Assembly (NCBI RefSeq): GCF_039794105.1
Contig: NZ_JBDIWA010000009.1
Location: 342 to 32,341 of the forward strand
Source of the DNA: Candidatus Kuenenia sp.
Lineage (GTDB): Bacteria; Planctomycetota; Brocadiia; Brocadiales; Brocadiaceae
DNA: 32,000 nt
Reading direction: 5' to 3'
In this document: positions 1-10,550 of the stretch, in pieces
Layout: every line of letters starts with the position of its first letter
Position numbering within the stretch: position 1 is the first letter of the stretch
The notes under the pieces: generated by a model
Told to the model about the DNA's origin: nothing
Databases searched by the model: none
Seen by the model: the letters and a program-made list of their open reading frames with translations, nothing else
Translations under genes and position numbers: made by a program

Positions 1-1413
1 AGCATACTCGTACCTCCTCCCGGCCTCTCTTACAAAGAAAGAATGGACATTGGCAGGCACATAGCCAATCAGCTTGGTCCTTACATGCAGAAAGATCATA
101 ACGGATTCCCCGGAATAAGTGATGTGTTTTATATCGGGGCGGACAGAAGTATGATTTTTGGCGCAAAATGCATGCATGAAGAACGCGCCGGAGAACTAGT
201 GCCTTTGTTTATGCAAACAATCCAATCCATTCCCGGGATGTACGGTGTAAGCATGCAGGCTGGCATTTTTGAAACAGGTATTGGGGAAGGGCGTACCATC
301 GAAGTGGATATCAGCGGCAGCGATATTCATCAAATTGTACAAGTGTCAGGAACCATGTTCGGAATGATAAAGAAAGAACTTCCTGACGCCCAGATCAGGC
401 CGATACCCTCACTCGAAATCCTTTTTCCCGAGTTAAAAATAGTGCCATCAAGAGACCGCCTCATGGCTGCGGGGATGAATACTAATGAACTTGGCATTGC
501 CCTGGACATACTGATGGATGGAAGGAAGATCGGATATTATAAACAAGAAGGGCAAAAAAAGATTGACCTTATCGTTAAGGCGTCTGATGAAACTATTCAT
601 ACACCAGAAATATTATATAACGCGCTCATTTCTCTTCCCAATAGATCTGTAGTGCCGGTATATTCCCTCTCTCAGCTTCAGCGAACAACCGGCATTACTC
701 AAATCCGGCACCTGGAAAGGGACCGTACAATAACACTCCAGGTGACCCCTCCCGAAACGATTCCTCTGCAGGAAGCAATGGAGATCATTGACGGGACGGT
801 GTTGCAAACACTAAAAGAACAGGACATGCTTCAGGGGGTAACCATAAGATTGTCCGGTGCGGCGGATAAACTTACCACAACAAGAAAAGCGCTGCAATGG
901 AATTTTGCCCTTGCAATTGTTATTACGTATTTATTAATGTCCGCCTTATTCGGGAACTTTATCTACCCCTTAATTATCATGTTTACCATTCCTCTTGCCG
1001 CAGCAGGGGGTTTTATCGGGCTTAGATTGGTCAATGCATGTATTGCCTTACAGCCTTTTGACATTTTGACCATGCTAGGCTTTGTAATTCTTATCGGTGT
1101 TGTTGTTAATAACGCTATTCTCATTGTATATCAGGCGCTGAATAATGTTCGTTTTCAGGGGATGAACTATCATGACGCCGTAATTGAGTCAACGAGGACA
1201 AGGTTAAGGCCGATATTTATGAGTGCATTTACCAGTATATTCGGCATGCTTCCCCTTGTCATCGCGCCAGGCCCAGGTTCTGAATTATACAGAGGATTGG
1301 GTAGTGTAATGCTTGGCGGGCTGGCATTTTCGACAATTTTTACTATCTTCATCATCCCCGCCATTCTCATGTTTGCCATAAGAATGGAAAAGACGGAGAA
1401 TACGCAAAGCTGA
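1..1413 (+). CDS. RND (AcrB/HAE1-type) efflux transporter permease, C-terminal part; 5' end lies outside the window
   Basis: Frame 1 is open from base 1 with no stop before the ATG at 43, so the gene starts upstream of the window. The translation has a periplasmic porter-like segment followed by a hydrophobic multi-TM C-terminus (FGNFIYPLIIMFTIPLAAAGG, LIGVVVNNAILIV, RLRPIFMSAFTSIFGMLPL) typical of AcrB-family pumps. Confidence 0.85.
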   Translation, partial: SILVPPPGLSYKERMDIGRHIANQLGPYMQKDHNGFPGISDVFYIGADRSMIFGAKCMHEERAGELVPLFMQTIQSIPGMYGVSMQAGIFETGIGEGRTIEVDISGSDIHQIVQVSGTMFGMIKKELPDAQIRPIPSLEILFPELKIVPSRDRLMAAGMNTNELGIALDILMDGRKIGYYKQEGQKKIDLIVKASDETIHTPEILYNALISLPNRSVVPVYSLSQLQRTTGITQIRHLERDRTITLQVTPPETIPLQEAMEIIDGTVLQTLKEQDMLQGVTIRLSGAADKLTTTRKALQWNFALAIVITYLLMSALFGNFIYPLIIMFTIPLAAAGGFIGLRLVNACIALQPFDILTMLGFVILIGVVVNNAILIVYQALNNVRFQGMNYHDAVIESTRTRLRPIFMSAFTSIFGMLPLVIAPGPGSELYRGLGSVMLGGLAFSTIFTIFIIPAILMFAIRMEKTENTQS

Positions 1414-1440
1414 TCGTGCCGTTTATTTATCGCTTTTATG

Positions 1441-2508
1441 GTATCTATTCAGCGAAAATAATTTAGAATTTACTTGACAGATAATATGAGAAAAGCAGGT
1501 AGCAAGGATGGTTAGCGATATATAGGGTTGCAGATGCGGTCACCGCAGTCCATAGGAAGTCTTTACAAAGAGAGGCGTGGGGTCTGTTCAGTGATAGAAT
1601 TTCGAGCCTTTGTGGTGTGTTATAGAGCGAAAGAAAAGGGTGAAAAAACCTGTGGTATAATAGATGCAGTAGATAATTTCAGGCTAATTATACAGGTATC
1701 ATCCATTGACGATAGAGAATATAGACGTAGACGCAACACTCCGGAAAGTAGAGAAGCTACTTTCTGAAGAGAAAGGGCTGTCACCGGCGGTGAGGTCAAT
1801 GATAGAGTTGTTGGTATTATCGATAACACTGCTGGCAGGACGTCTGAACCGGAACAGCCGCAACAGCAGCAAGCCGCCCTCAAGTGATCCGAATCGCAAG
1901 AGAGAAAGCAAGGCGAAGGGTGAAAGGAAGGCAGGCGGGCAAAATGGCCGTGATGGAGTAACGCTCAAAAAGGTAGACAATCCTGATGAGGTGGAAGTAA
2001 TAAAAGTAGACCGGAGGAAGTATCCGCGCAGCAAATACAAGGTGGTAGGTTACGAAGCACGCCAGGTGTTTGATATAAAGATTTCGCGTGTAGTAACGGA
2101 GTATCGTGCAGAGGTAGTTGAAGATGCGAAAGGGAATCGGATTGTAGCGTCATTTCCGGAAGGGGTAACAAAGGCGGTGCAGTATGGTCCGGATTTGAAA
2201 CGGAATCTTCTGGAACGATTGAGGAAGTATGAGGGTGATGTGCTGAGGTTTATGGACAATAAAAATGTCCCCTTTACGAACAATTTGGCAGAAAACGATA
2301 TCAGGATGACGAAGGTTCAGCAGAAGATATCTGGCTGTTTTCGTTCTTTGGAGGGAGCGAAAATTTTCTGCCGCATTCGTAGTTATCTCTCGACCTGTCG
2401 AAAACAAGGGGTAAATTTGAGCCGGGCATTACAGATGCTATTCCGTGGTGAATTGCCTGATTTTGCTAGCTCGTAGCGACAGTGGGTGAAAATACGCTGA
2501 ATAGATAC
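1441..2508 (+). mobile_element. Non-autonomous IS66-family-like element bounded by 14-bp perfect terminal inverted repeats
   Basis: GTATCTATTCAGCG at 1441-1454 is the exact reverse complement of CGCTGAATAGATAC at 2495-2508. The pair brackets the truncated transposase ORF. No target-site duplication is detectable (CTTTTATG vs AACATTTT). Confidence 0.6.
1706..2476 (+). pseudogene. IS66-family transposase with an in-frame internal deletion; the catalytic DDE core is missing
   Basis: The 256-aa product (TTG start) has an N-terminal helical region with NSRNSSKPPSSDP. It joins directly (at about ...VQYGPDLK|RNLLERL...) to the IS66 C-terminal region PFTNNLAENDIRMTKVQQKISGCFRS..GA..FCRIRSYLSTCRKQG. 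Full-length IS66 transposases are about twice this length and contain a DDE/CWAH region that is absent here. Confidence 0.65.
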
Positions 2509-2573
2509 AACATTTTAGTTTTTCGAAAAAGCAGAATGCTCTTTCCCAAGTTCCACAAACTGGGTCAAATGTT

Positions 2574-2608
2574 CAATATTCAATTCTCAATTCTCAATTC
2601 TCAAATTG
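2574..2608. repeat. Heptamer tandem array, 5 x 7 bp (CAATATT, CAATTCT x3, CAAATTG)
   Basis: Read directly: three perfect CAATTCT units at 2581-2601 with one degenerate unit on each side. A 10-bp inverted repeat flanks it (AATGTTCAAT 2568-2577 / ATTGAACATT 2635-2644). Confidence 0.9.
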
Positions 2609-2782
2609 TTGCTCATTTGCCTCTATTCTTTTACATTGAACATTGAATATTAATTTTTAAAAAGGTACTATGGCGCAGTTTTCACAGATACAAATATCAA
2701 TTCCGGGGCATTGCTTCCCGGGAAATTCATTTGATGTAAATGACAATGTTAAGGGAAAGTTTTAATAGTTAATGGGGATATT

Positions 2783-4447
2783 ATGCGAAGAAGAAATATA
2801 TTTGACAAAATAGCAGCAGTCGTGCGTGGGACAGAGAAAAGATTTACAGAAAAGCCATGCCTATTTACGGCACTTTATCGTTTGCTCATCGTGTCAGCCC
2901 TTTTTTTTTGCAACGGAAGGATGGTCTTCGGAGAGGCAAAAAACGTGGACGAGAAATTGCCTCAGGCGGTATTGTCTTCATCAGTTGAAATGCATTCAAA
3001 TCTGAAGTTTATGAATATCGGCCTGAAAGACAGCATTGTATATGCATTAAAAAATAATTTTGATATTGAGATATCACGGTTAGATACGAAGGCAAGAGGC
3101 CACGACATTGCAATAGAAAAGTCAGTATTTGATCCTACCTTAGAGATAACAGGAGGCATTGATAATAGAAAAATACCCATCAACAGCGTACTGGTAAGTG
3201 GAGAAACCACTACCGAGATAACTCCTTTTGTTTCTGAAGGAAAGACGGGGAATGCTGTCTTACGATCCCTGATACCTACAGGCGCGACTCTTTCTTTAGA
3301 ATACAATTTATTTCGGGAATTTGTAGATCCGCAGGCGTTTACGTTGCTTACTCCAACGTATGAAAATTACATAGAAGCAAAGATTACGCAGCCTTTGTTA
3401 AAAGGAGCCGGCTGGTTTTATAACAGGAGCCCCATTTATATTGCCAGAAATAATAAAAAGATATCAATTGCACAATTTAAAAGCACTGCTATTGAGGTTT
3501 CTAATGCTGTTCAAGAGGCCTATTGGAATTTCGTAAAGGCAATTGAGGACTTGAAAGTAGCAAAAAAATCCCTGGAACGAGCGGAAGATTTACTGCGGAA
3601 GAATAAAATAGAGGTAGAATCAGGAACCCTTGCACCCATCGAAATTATTGAAGCAGAATCGGGGGTGGCGTCACGGGTTGAAGCAATAATTTCCGCTGAA
3701 AATACAATCAGAGACAAAGAAGATGAATTGAAAAGGATTATGAATCTAGCAGACAGTGAAATTATTTCTGATGTGGAAATTGTTCCCGTTGACAAACCAA
3801 CATTCGAGCCGAAAGAAGTTCCGCTGAAAGAGACTATTAAAATTGCAATGGAGAAGCGTCCTGAATTAAAGGAATTGCAAATAGAGGTCGAAAATGCAGG
3901 CATGGAAGTAAGAAGGAAAAAAAATGAACTGTTTCCCCAATTAGATCTTACCGGTGGAGTTCGTTATTCAGGGCTTGGGGGTACCCCTGATGGTGCACAT
4001 GACTCTACATTTTCAGAGGATTTTCAGGGAGAATTTATCACACTGACCCTTGAAATTCCTATCGGTAACAGGGCAGCCAGAAATGACTACAAAAAAGCAA
4101 AACTTGGTAAAGAACAGTCTGCCCTGAATGTGAAAAAGAAAGAACTGGATATTGTTGTAGAGGTGAGAGGGTCTGTTCGTGAAGTAATGACGAACATTGA
4201 AAGGGTTATGGCCACCAGAAAGGCGAGGGAATTAGCACAAAAAAGACTGGAAGTCGAAGAAAAGAAATATAGCGTGGGACGATCAACCAGTCTGGAAATT
4301 CTCCGTGCCCAGGAGGATTTAGCTACCGCAGAAGGGAATGAAACAAAGGCGCTCACTGATTATGAAATATCTCGTGGTAGTCTCGAAGCAGCAAAAGGAA
4401 CGATTCTCGATGCCTATAATATTCAGGTAGAAGAGGACATTACATGA
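2783..4447 (+). CDS. TolC-family outer-membrane efflux protein
   Basis: 554 aa with a hydrophobic N-terminal signal-like segment. It has two long alpha-helical/coiled-coil repeat halves rich in A/E/K/L, as in TolC/OprM-type proteins, and lies downstream of an RND permease. Confidence 0.8.
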   Translation: MRRRNIFDKIAAVVRGTEKRFTEKPCLFTALYRLLIVSALFFCNGRMVFGEAKNVDEKLPQAVLSSSVEMHSNLKFMNIGLKDSIVYALKNNFDIEISRLDTKARGHDIAIEKSVFDPTLEITGGIDNRKIPINSVLVSGETTTEITPFVSEGKTGNAVLRSLIPTGATLSLEYNLFREFVDPQAFTLLTPTYENYIEAKITQPLLKGAGWFYNRSPIYIARNNKKISIAQFKSTAIEVSNAVQEAYWNFVKAIEDLKVAKKSLERAEDLLRKNKIEVESGTLAPIEIIEAESGVASRVEAIISAENTIRDKEDELKRIMNLADSEIISDVEIVPVDKPTFEPKEVPLKETIKIAMEKRPELKELQIEVENAGMEVRRKKNELFPQLDLTGGVRYSGLGGTPDGAHDSTFSEDFQGEFITLTLEIPIGNRAARNDYKKAKLGKEQSALNVKKKELDIVVEVRGSVREVMTNIERVMATRKARELAQKRLEVEEKKYSVGRSTSLEILRAQEDLATAEGNETKALTDYEISRGSLEAAKGTILDAYNIQVEEDIT

Positions 4448-4451
4448 TGTA

Positions 4452-4478
4452 AGGCACATAGAAGAATTTAATGTGCCT
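4452..4478 (+). terminator. Possible intrinsic terminator after the TolC-like gene
   Basis: 8-bp stem AGGCACAT/ATGTGCCT with an 11-nt loop, starting 5 nt after the stop codon. The downstream tract is only moderately T-rich. Confidence 0.4.
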
Positions 4479-4668
4479 GTAATTGTCCTTTCTGCCAAGG
4501 CGAGAAATCCTAAGATTCCTCACTTCGCTCAGTCTCCAGCAAAGATAAGGAACGGTATGTAAGGATCTGGATAGTTTCCCGAAAAATACCTTCTTTAAAT
4601 GATGCGTTGAAAAAAACGGGGGTAAGGTTTTGAAGGACATTTGAGCAGGGATATGCATTTTAAATAAA

Positions 4669-4754
4669 TGCCAGAGGTGGGACTCGAACCCACACCACCG
4701 GTGAAGATGACCAGATTTTGAGTCTGGCGTGTCTGCCAATTCCACCACTCTGGC
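4669..4754 (-). tRNA. tRNA-Leu (anticodon CAA), class II with long variable arm; CCA not encoded
   Basis: The reverse complement reads GCCAGAG-TG-GTGG..CAC-G-CCAGA-CTCAAAA-TCTGG-(long variable arm)-GTGGG-TTCGAGT-CCCAC-CTCTGGC-A. This gives a canonical cloverleaf with a T-loop GTTCGAGTC and a CT-CAA-AA anticodon loop. Confidence 0.9.
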
Positions 4755-4863
4755 ATTATTTAATCCAGTATAATATTTTCCCGTAAATTATCAATGGATA
4801 TTTTTTGTTTTGTGCACTTAGATTGCTTCGTCAGAATCCTTTCCGGTTTGACCGTAACCCCCT

Positions 4864-5685
4864 CTATTGCTCCATAGGTTTTTTATAATACTGCATCGCC
4901 TCGGGTATTTTTTCTCTTATCTTCCTTATTCTGGTATCGTCAGAAGGATGGGTGCTCATAAATTCAGGAACTGTTTCGCCATTCTTCGTATCTGCCATTC
5001 TCTGCCAGAAGTCTACCGCATGATGAGGGTCGTATCCCGCCATAGCCATAAAAATCAGCCCAAGATGGTCTGCCTCGCTTTCATGAAGGCGACTATAAGG
5101 AAGCATTACGCCGTATTGACTGCCATACCCATATGCGGCGGAAACAACTTGTTTTGTCATATCCGATTTGCCGCTTAAAGCAACAGAAAGCGCTGTTTCT
5201 CCCATTTGTGCCATTAATTCCTGACTCATTCGTTCATTACCATGTTTTGCAACTGCATGCGCCACCTCATGTCCCATAACCACCGCGAGGCCGTTTTCAT
5301 CTTTTGTTACCGGCAATATTCCCGTATATACCACTACTTTTCCGCCTGGCATTGCCCAGGCATTCACATCGTTACTTTCCACAAGATTAAATTCCCATGC
5401 ATAATCCTTTAACTCATGAGACATGTTGTTTTGTGCAAAGTATTGCTCTACAGCGCCTTGTATCCTTTTCCCAACCTTTTCCACCATGTTGGATTCTTCC
5501 TGGTTTTTGCTCAACTCGTTGGTTTTAATAAATTCCTGATATTGTTGGAAACTCATGTTAAGCATTGTTGATTCGGGAATAAAGCTCACTTGTTTTCTGC
5601 CGGTGATGGGTACAGAACTACACGATAAACAAAAAAAGGAAATGAGTATTAAGAAATAAGAAATGGTTTTTTTCTGAAAGTGCAT
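4864..5685 (-). CDS. M48-family zinc metallopeptidase, probable lipoprotein (YcaL/LoiP-like)
   Basis: Signal peptide with a lipobox-like FFCLSCSS. HEVAHAV (HExxH) zinc motif and downstream ESEADHLG, typical of M48 peptidases. Confidence 0.85.
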   Translation of the reverse strand: MHFQKKTISYFLILISFFCLSCSSVPITGRKQVSFIPESTMLNMSFQQYQEFIKTNELSKNQEESNMVEKVGKRIQGAVEQYFAQNNMSHELKDYAWEFNLVESNDVNAWAMPGGKVVVYTGILPVTKDENGLAVVMGHEVAHAVAKHGNERMSQELMAQMGETALSVALSGKSDMTKQVVSAAYGYGSQYGVMLPYSRLHESEADHLGLIFMAMAGYDPHHAVDFWQRMADTKNGETVPEFMSTHPSDDTRIRKIREKIPEAMQYYKKPMEQ

Positions 5686-5702
5686 TTTGCTGCTCCTTGT
5701 TA

Positions 5703-7271
5703 TTAAACTTTATTATTCATCGCTATATTTCTCCCAGGATTTTCAGTTTCTTTTTCAATCCTGGGGAACAATGGCTTCCCCTTTTTTACGATAACGCCGC
5801 TTTTTATGACCTGCTGATATTCCAGGCAAGGGGATTCATTGTTTTCCAGAATACCAAGTTGTTTTTGTATTTCAATACAGGTGTTTGGCATAAAAGGGTA
5901 AATAAATATTGAAATATCTTTGATTGCCTTTGCCAGCGAACTGATTATATTTTTCAGTTGAGGTCTGTAGGCGCTCGTTTTTGCAAGCACCCATGGTTTT
6001 TTTTCTTCAATACATTTATTTGCGCTTCCCACAAACTCCCAGATTGCTTCCAACGCTTTGCTAAATTGAAGATTGTCCAATTCCTTGTTTATTTTACTGC
6101 GGGTATTCTGAGAGATTTCCTTTAATACATCGTCTTTCTCTGAATATTCAGGTATTACTGCATCGAAATATTTTTCAATCATGGTGAGTGTACGTTGTAG
6201 CAGGTTACCCAGGTCATTGCCAAGGTCAGAATTAATCCTGTTTATTAAAGCGGTGTAGGAAAAATTGCCGTCGGATCCGAAAGGAACTTCTCTGAGGATG
6301 AAATACCGGTAAGCATCCGTACCATAGATTTGGATAATGTTTAATGGGTCTATTGCGTTTCCCAATGATTTGGAAATCTTTTGCCCTTCAATGGTCCACC
6401 AGCCGTGGGTAAAGATTTTAAAGGGTAATTCTATGTTTAATGACATAAGGATTGCCGGCCAGATTGCCCCATGAAACCACAAGATTTCTTTTCCTATGAT
6501 ATGTACATTTGCCGGCCAGTATTTCTGGAATAGCTCCATATCATCATCATAGCCCAGAGCCGTTATGTAGTTTAAAAGCGCGTCTATCCAAACATATATT
6601 GTGTGCATAGTATCCATGGGCACTTGAATTCCCCAGGTTACTGCAGATCTGCTTATGCTGATATCTTCAATATGAGAGGTTATTCTTTGGAGTATTTCAT
6701 TTCTTCTTGATTCAGGTTGAATAAATTCCGGATGCTTATCATAGTGTTCAATAAGCGGTTTTTGATATTTTGATAACCGAAAGAAATAATTTTTTTCTTT
6801 TACTTTTTCTACATTGCGTTTGCATTCCGGACACCTTCCTTCGTCGAGTTGCGTTTCTGTCCAAAAGCTTTCACAGGGAACGCAGTATCTTCCTTCGTAT
6901 TCTCCAAGGTAAATATCGTCGTTTTCGAATAACTTCTGAAATATCTTTTTGACACGTTTAACATGCCGTTCGTCGGTGGTGCGTATGAAGTCGTCGTTGG
7001 AAATATTGAGATTTTTCCACAGATCTTTGAACTTGCCTACAACCATATCGACAAAATCATTAGGTGCTTTGTTGCAGGCTTCGGCGGCCTTTTGAATTTT
7101 CTGCCCATGTTCATCTGAACCGGTCAAAAAGAATACGTCATATTGCTGCAACCTTCTGTACCGGGCTAAAACATCTGCGGCTATGGTAGTGTAAGAATGT
7201 CCGATATGAGGTATATCATTTACGTAATAGATAGGTGTGGTAAGATAAAAAGACTGCCTACTCATGACCAC
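5703..7271 (-). CDS. metG: Methionine--tRNA ligase
   Basis: TTPIYYVNDIPHIGH (HIGH motif), KISKSLGN (KMSKS motif) and a CVPC...CPEC zinc knuckle. 522 aa with no C-terminal Trbp111-like domain. Confidence 0.95.
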   Translation of the reverse strand: MVMSRQSFYLTTPIYYVNDIPHIGHSYTTIAADVLARYRRLQQYDVFFLTGSDEHGQKIQKAAEACNKAPNDFVDMVVGKFKDLWKNLNISNDDFIRTTDERHVKRVKKIFQKLFENDDIYLGEYEGRYCVPCESFWTETQLDEGRCPECKRNVEKVKEKNYFFRLSKYQKPLIEHYDKHPEFIQPESRRNEILQRITSHIEDISISRSAVTWGIQVPMDTMHTIYVWIDALLNYITALGYDDDMELFQKYWPANVHIIGKEILWFHGAIWPAILMSLNIELPFKIFTHGWWTIEGQKISKSLGNAIDPLNIIQIYGTDAYRYFILREVPFGSDGNFSYTALINRINSDLGNDLGNLLQRTLTMIEKYFDAVIPEYSEKDDVLKEISQNTRSKINKELDNLQFSKALEAIWEFVGSANKCIEEKKPWVLAKTSAYRPQLKNIISSLAKAIKDISIFIYPFMPNTCIEIQKQLGILENNESPCLEYQQVIKSGVIVKKGKPLFPRIEKETENPGRNIAMNNKV

Positions 7272-8139
7272 AATCCTCTTTGCAGGATTGAAGACAATCG
7301 CTTTTCCCCTTCTGGGCGGGTGGTGCAGGTTTATTTTGTACCACCCTGGTTATCTCTTTGGTGGAAACTGTAAACCGGCTTCCGTTTTCCAATTCCACAG
7401 TAACCTGTTGCTGCAAAATATCGTGGTTGATTATTTCTCCAATGCCTTTTGCGGTTTTCACGGAAGTTCCTTTTTTAGGAAGTCCCTGTTTTAACTCTTC
7501 ATAAACGCGGTCCTCGTAGCGCAGACAACACATCAGCCGGCCACATCTCCCTGATATTTTAGAGGGGTCCAGGGTGGCTTTTTGGTTTTTTGCCATTTTC
7601 ATCGTAACCGGTTCTAAGTTTTTCAGGAAAGACCGGCAGCATAGTTCCTGCCCGCAGTGTTCGTAATCCGCCAAAAGCCTTGCTTCATCGCGTACGCCAA
7701 TTTGTTTCAACTCTATTCGCGCCTGATATTCTTTTGCAAGATCCTTTACCAGTTCTCTGAAATCAACGCGTCCATTGGCAAGAAAATAAAAAATGATTTT
7801 TTTACTCCCAAATAAGTGCTCTACGTATGCAAGTTTCATGAGGAGTTTATGTTCTTTCATCTTCATTTGGCAAAATTTCGATTCACTTGGGATGGTTTCC
7901 TGGTCTATTTTTTTCTGCTTTTCTTTATCCTCCGGTGTTGCTTTTCGCAGTACTTCCCCAAGATATTCGACGGATGCATCATCTTCTATTTCACGTACTT
8001 TAGCAATAACAGTGCCAAATTCTATTCCTCTGTGAGAGCGGATGATCACCTCGTCACCCCTTTTTATTGAGTTCATTGGCGCAAAAAAATCTCCGGTATT
8101 TTTTAATACGCCGTATCGAATGGTTAAAATTTGTCGCAT
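7258..8139 (-). CDS. ricT: PSP1 domain protein (RicT/YaaT-like)
   Basis: PSP1 C-terminal-domain-like region (RIELKQIGVRDEARLL..YEHCGQELCC..FL, GRCGRLMCCLRYE). Overlaps the metG start by 14 nt. PSP1-metG adjacency is common in bacteria. Confidence 0.8.
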   Translation of the reverse strand: MRQILTIRYGVLKNTGDFFAPMNSIKRGDEVIIRSHRGIEFGTVIAKVREIEDDASVEYLGEVLRKATPEDKEKQKKIDQETIPSESKFCQMKMKEHKLLMKLAYVEHLFGSKKIIFYFLANGRVDFRELVKDLAKEYQARIELKQIGVRDEARLLADYEHCGQELCCRSFLKNLEPVTMKMAKNQKATLDPSKISGRCGRLMCCLRYEDRVYEELKQGLPKKGTSVKTAKGIGEIINHDILQQQVTVELENGSRFTVSTKEITRVVQNKPAPPAQKGKSDCLQSCKEDCGHE

Positions 8140-8182
8140 ATAAATCTATCGGGGCAAAGCCTCGTACCTATAAAAAGTGTGT

Positions 8183-8240
8183 GAAACCACAGATTTTACG
8201 GATTACACAAATTATTGAGATTTTTCTTTGTGAAATCAGC
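8183..8240. repeat. Short copy of a dispersed mosaic repeat (shares end modules with 26676-26783)
   Basis: Begins GAAACCACA..ATT..AC.. and ends GAAATCAGC, the same termini in the same orientation as the longer copy upstream of gltX. Lies 44-101 nt upstream of the ricT start. Confidence 0.5.
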
Positions 8241-8743
8241 GCAATATGCGGTACTCGTAATTTTTTCTAAAACGTAACTCTTTTGTGAATATAAAACGCA
8301 GATACCGTTTTTAAATAGAAGTCTGCATTCCGCAATAATGAAACATCCATAGCCTTAAGGCGCAAATGGAATAAAATTTTCCGTATCACTTTAATTTTCT
8401 GGCAACAATTTCCCCTATTACGGAAACATTCAGGTAAAACGCATAAATATGAGTGAATAGTAGCAATTGCATTGCCTAATGTCAAGTTATAACGCTTTAT
8501 TTGATTTTATGTAATTACTTAATAGAAACACACTTGCATTAATTATTTTAATTATGATATGATAATTTTTCGTAAAAAAAACCTGCAATTTCACAACAAC
8601 GGGATTTTCGGGGTTTTACCTTCTCGCACATGGGGAGTGGTATGCAATAGAGGGCAGTGCTATTGAATCACATATAGAAGAACGATTCGTGAATAGAAAG
8701 ATGTGAGGAAAATGATTAGTGATTTTTTTGAGAGGAAACACAA

Positions 8744-9301
8744 ATGAAGAGATTTTCTATTTTTATATCATTTATAATGTTCATCATTATCAGTAGCAAT
8801 ACTTTATTTGCTCAGGATGTATCAAATAAGGTGCAGTTGCTAGAAATTGTCATTTCAAATCTGGTATCCCGGATAGAATCACTTGAGAAGCGCGTTAATG
8901 TGCTGGAAAAACAGCTTACGGGTGCTGCTGGTGTAGCAGCGCCATCCGGTGAAGCGCCGAAAAAAAAGATGGATGCTGAAGTGCATCGTGAGGATTTTGT
9001 TGCCGCACCTGTTATGGTGGGATATGAGGATCTTGGGAACGGATTTTTTGCCAGAAATGTACGTTTTAGTCCTTTTGGTGAAAACGTGTTATTAACAGGG
9101 GAAATCACAAACAAATCCGGCAAAAATTACCGCTTTGCAAAATTTAAATTAAGCATTTACGATGACCGGGGCGTTTTTTTAAAAGAAGAGGAGTTTTCTA
9201 TCCCTGATATTCCGAACGAAAGCACAGAATCTTTTGAATCGATGATTGTCGGATTACCATCTGCTTTTATAAGTAAATATGAAATACGGTTCGCTAAATA
9301 A
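8744..9301 (+). CDS. Secreted hypothetical protein (signal peptide, coiled coil, C-terminal beta-rich domain)
   Basis: SD-like GAGAGGAAA upstream. N-terminal signal peptide ending LFA-QD. Heptad-like LLEIVISNLVSRIESLEKRVNVLEKQL. The C-terminal segment with KFKLSIYDDRG is reminiscent of FxLYD-type domains; the function cannot be assigned. Confidence 0.6.
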   Translation: MKRFSIFISFIMFIIISSNTLFAQDVSNKVQLLEIVISNLVSRIESLEKRVNVLEKQLTGAAGVAAPSGEAPKKKMDAEVHREDFVAAPVMVGYEDLGNGFFARNVRFSPFGENVLLTGEITNKSGKNYRFAKFKLSIYDDRGVFLKEEEFSIPDIPNESTESFESMIVGLPSAFISKYEIRFAK

Positions 9302-9419
9302 AATACCTCATTGAATAGCTCCGTCAGAGTAAACATTCATTAGCCGAGGGCACACAAAAGGGCATGAAAACATTTATTTATTTGGATATTTGACCCTACT
9401 TCCGTACCGATACTATACT

Positions 9420-10430
<1,011 letters not shown>

Positions 10431-10550
10431 TTATGAAGAGGTGGTTGCATTTCCATTCAGCCTCCCTTGAAATTAATGTGCTCTTAAGTGAAGGAGCAGA
10501 ATCCGCATAAAGTTATGATTTTACGTAGAAAGAAAACTACATCCTTTTTT

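Noticed and set aside
1528-1767. 79-aa plus-strand ORF in the left end of the IS-like element
   Set aside because: It has no similarity to IS66 accessory proteins (TnpA/TnpB-like) that I can recognise. It overlaps the transposase start out of frame and is probably non-coding.
1433-2516. Target-site duplication flanking the IS-like element
   Set aside because: The 8-bp flanks (CTTTTATG vs AACATTTT) do not match, so no TSD can be claimed. The element may be old, or its true ends may differ.
2574-2608. Heptamer arrays (also 15324-15358) considered as CRISPR or iterons
   Set aside because: The units are 7 bp with no spacers, so they are not CRISPR. No replication or partition genes are nearby to support iterons.
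4440-4748. 102-aa minus-strand ORF
   Set aside because: It runs straight through tRNA-Leu; its MVELADTPDSKSG... start is simply the tRNA translated.
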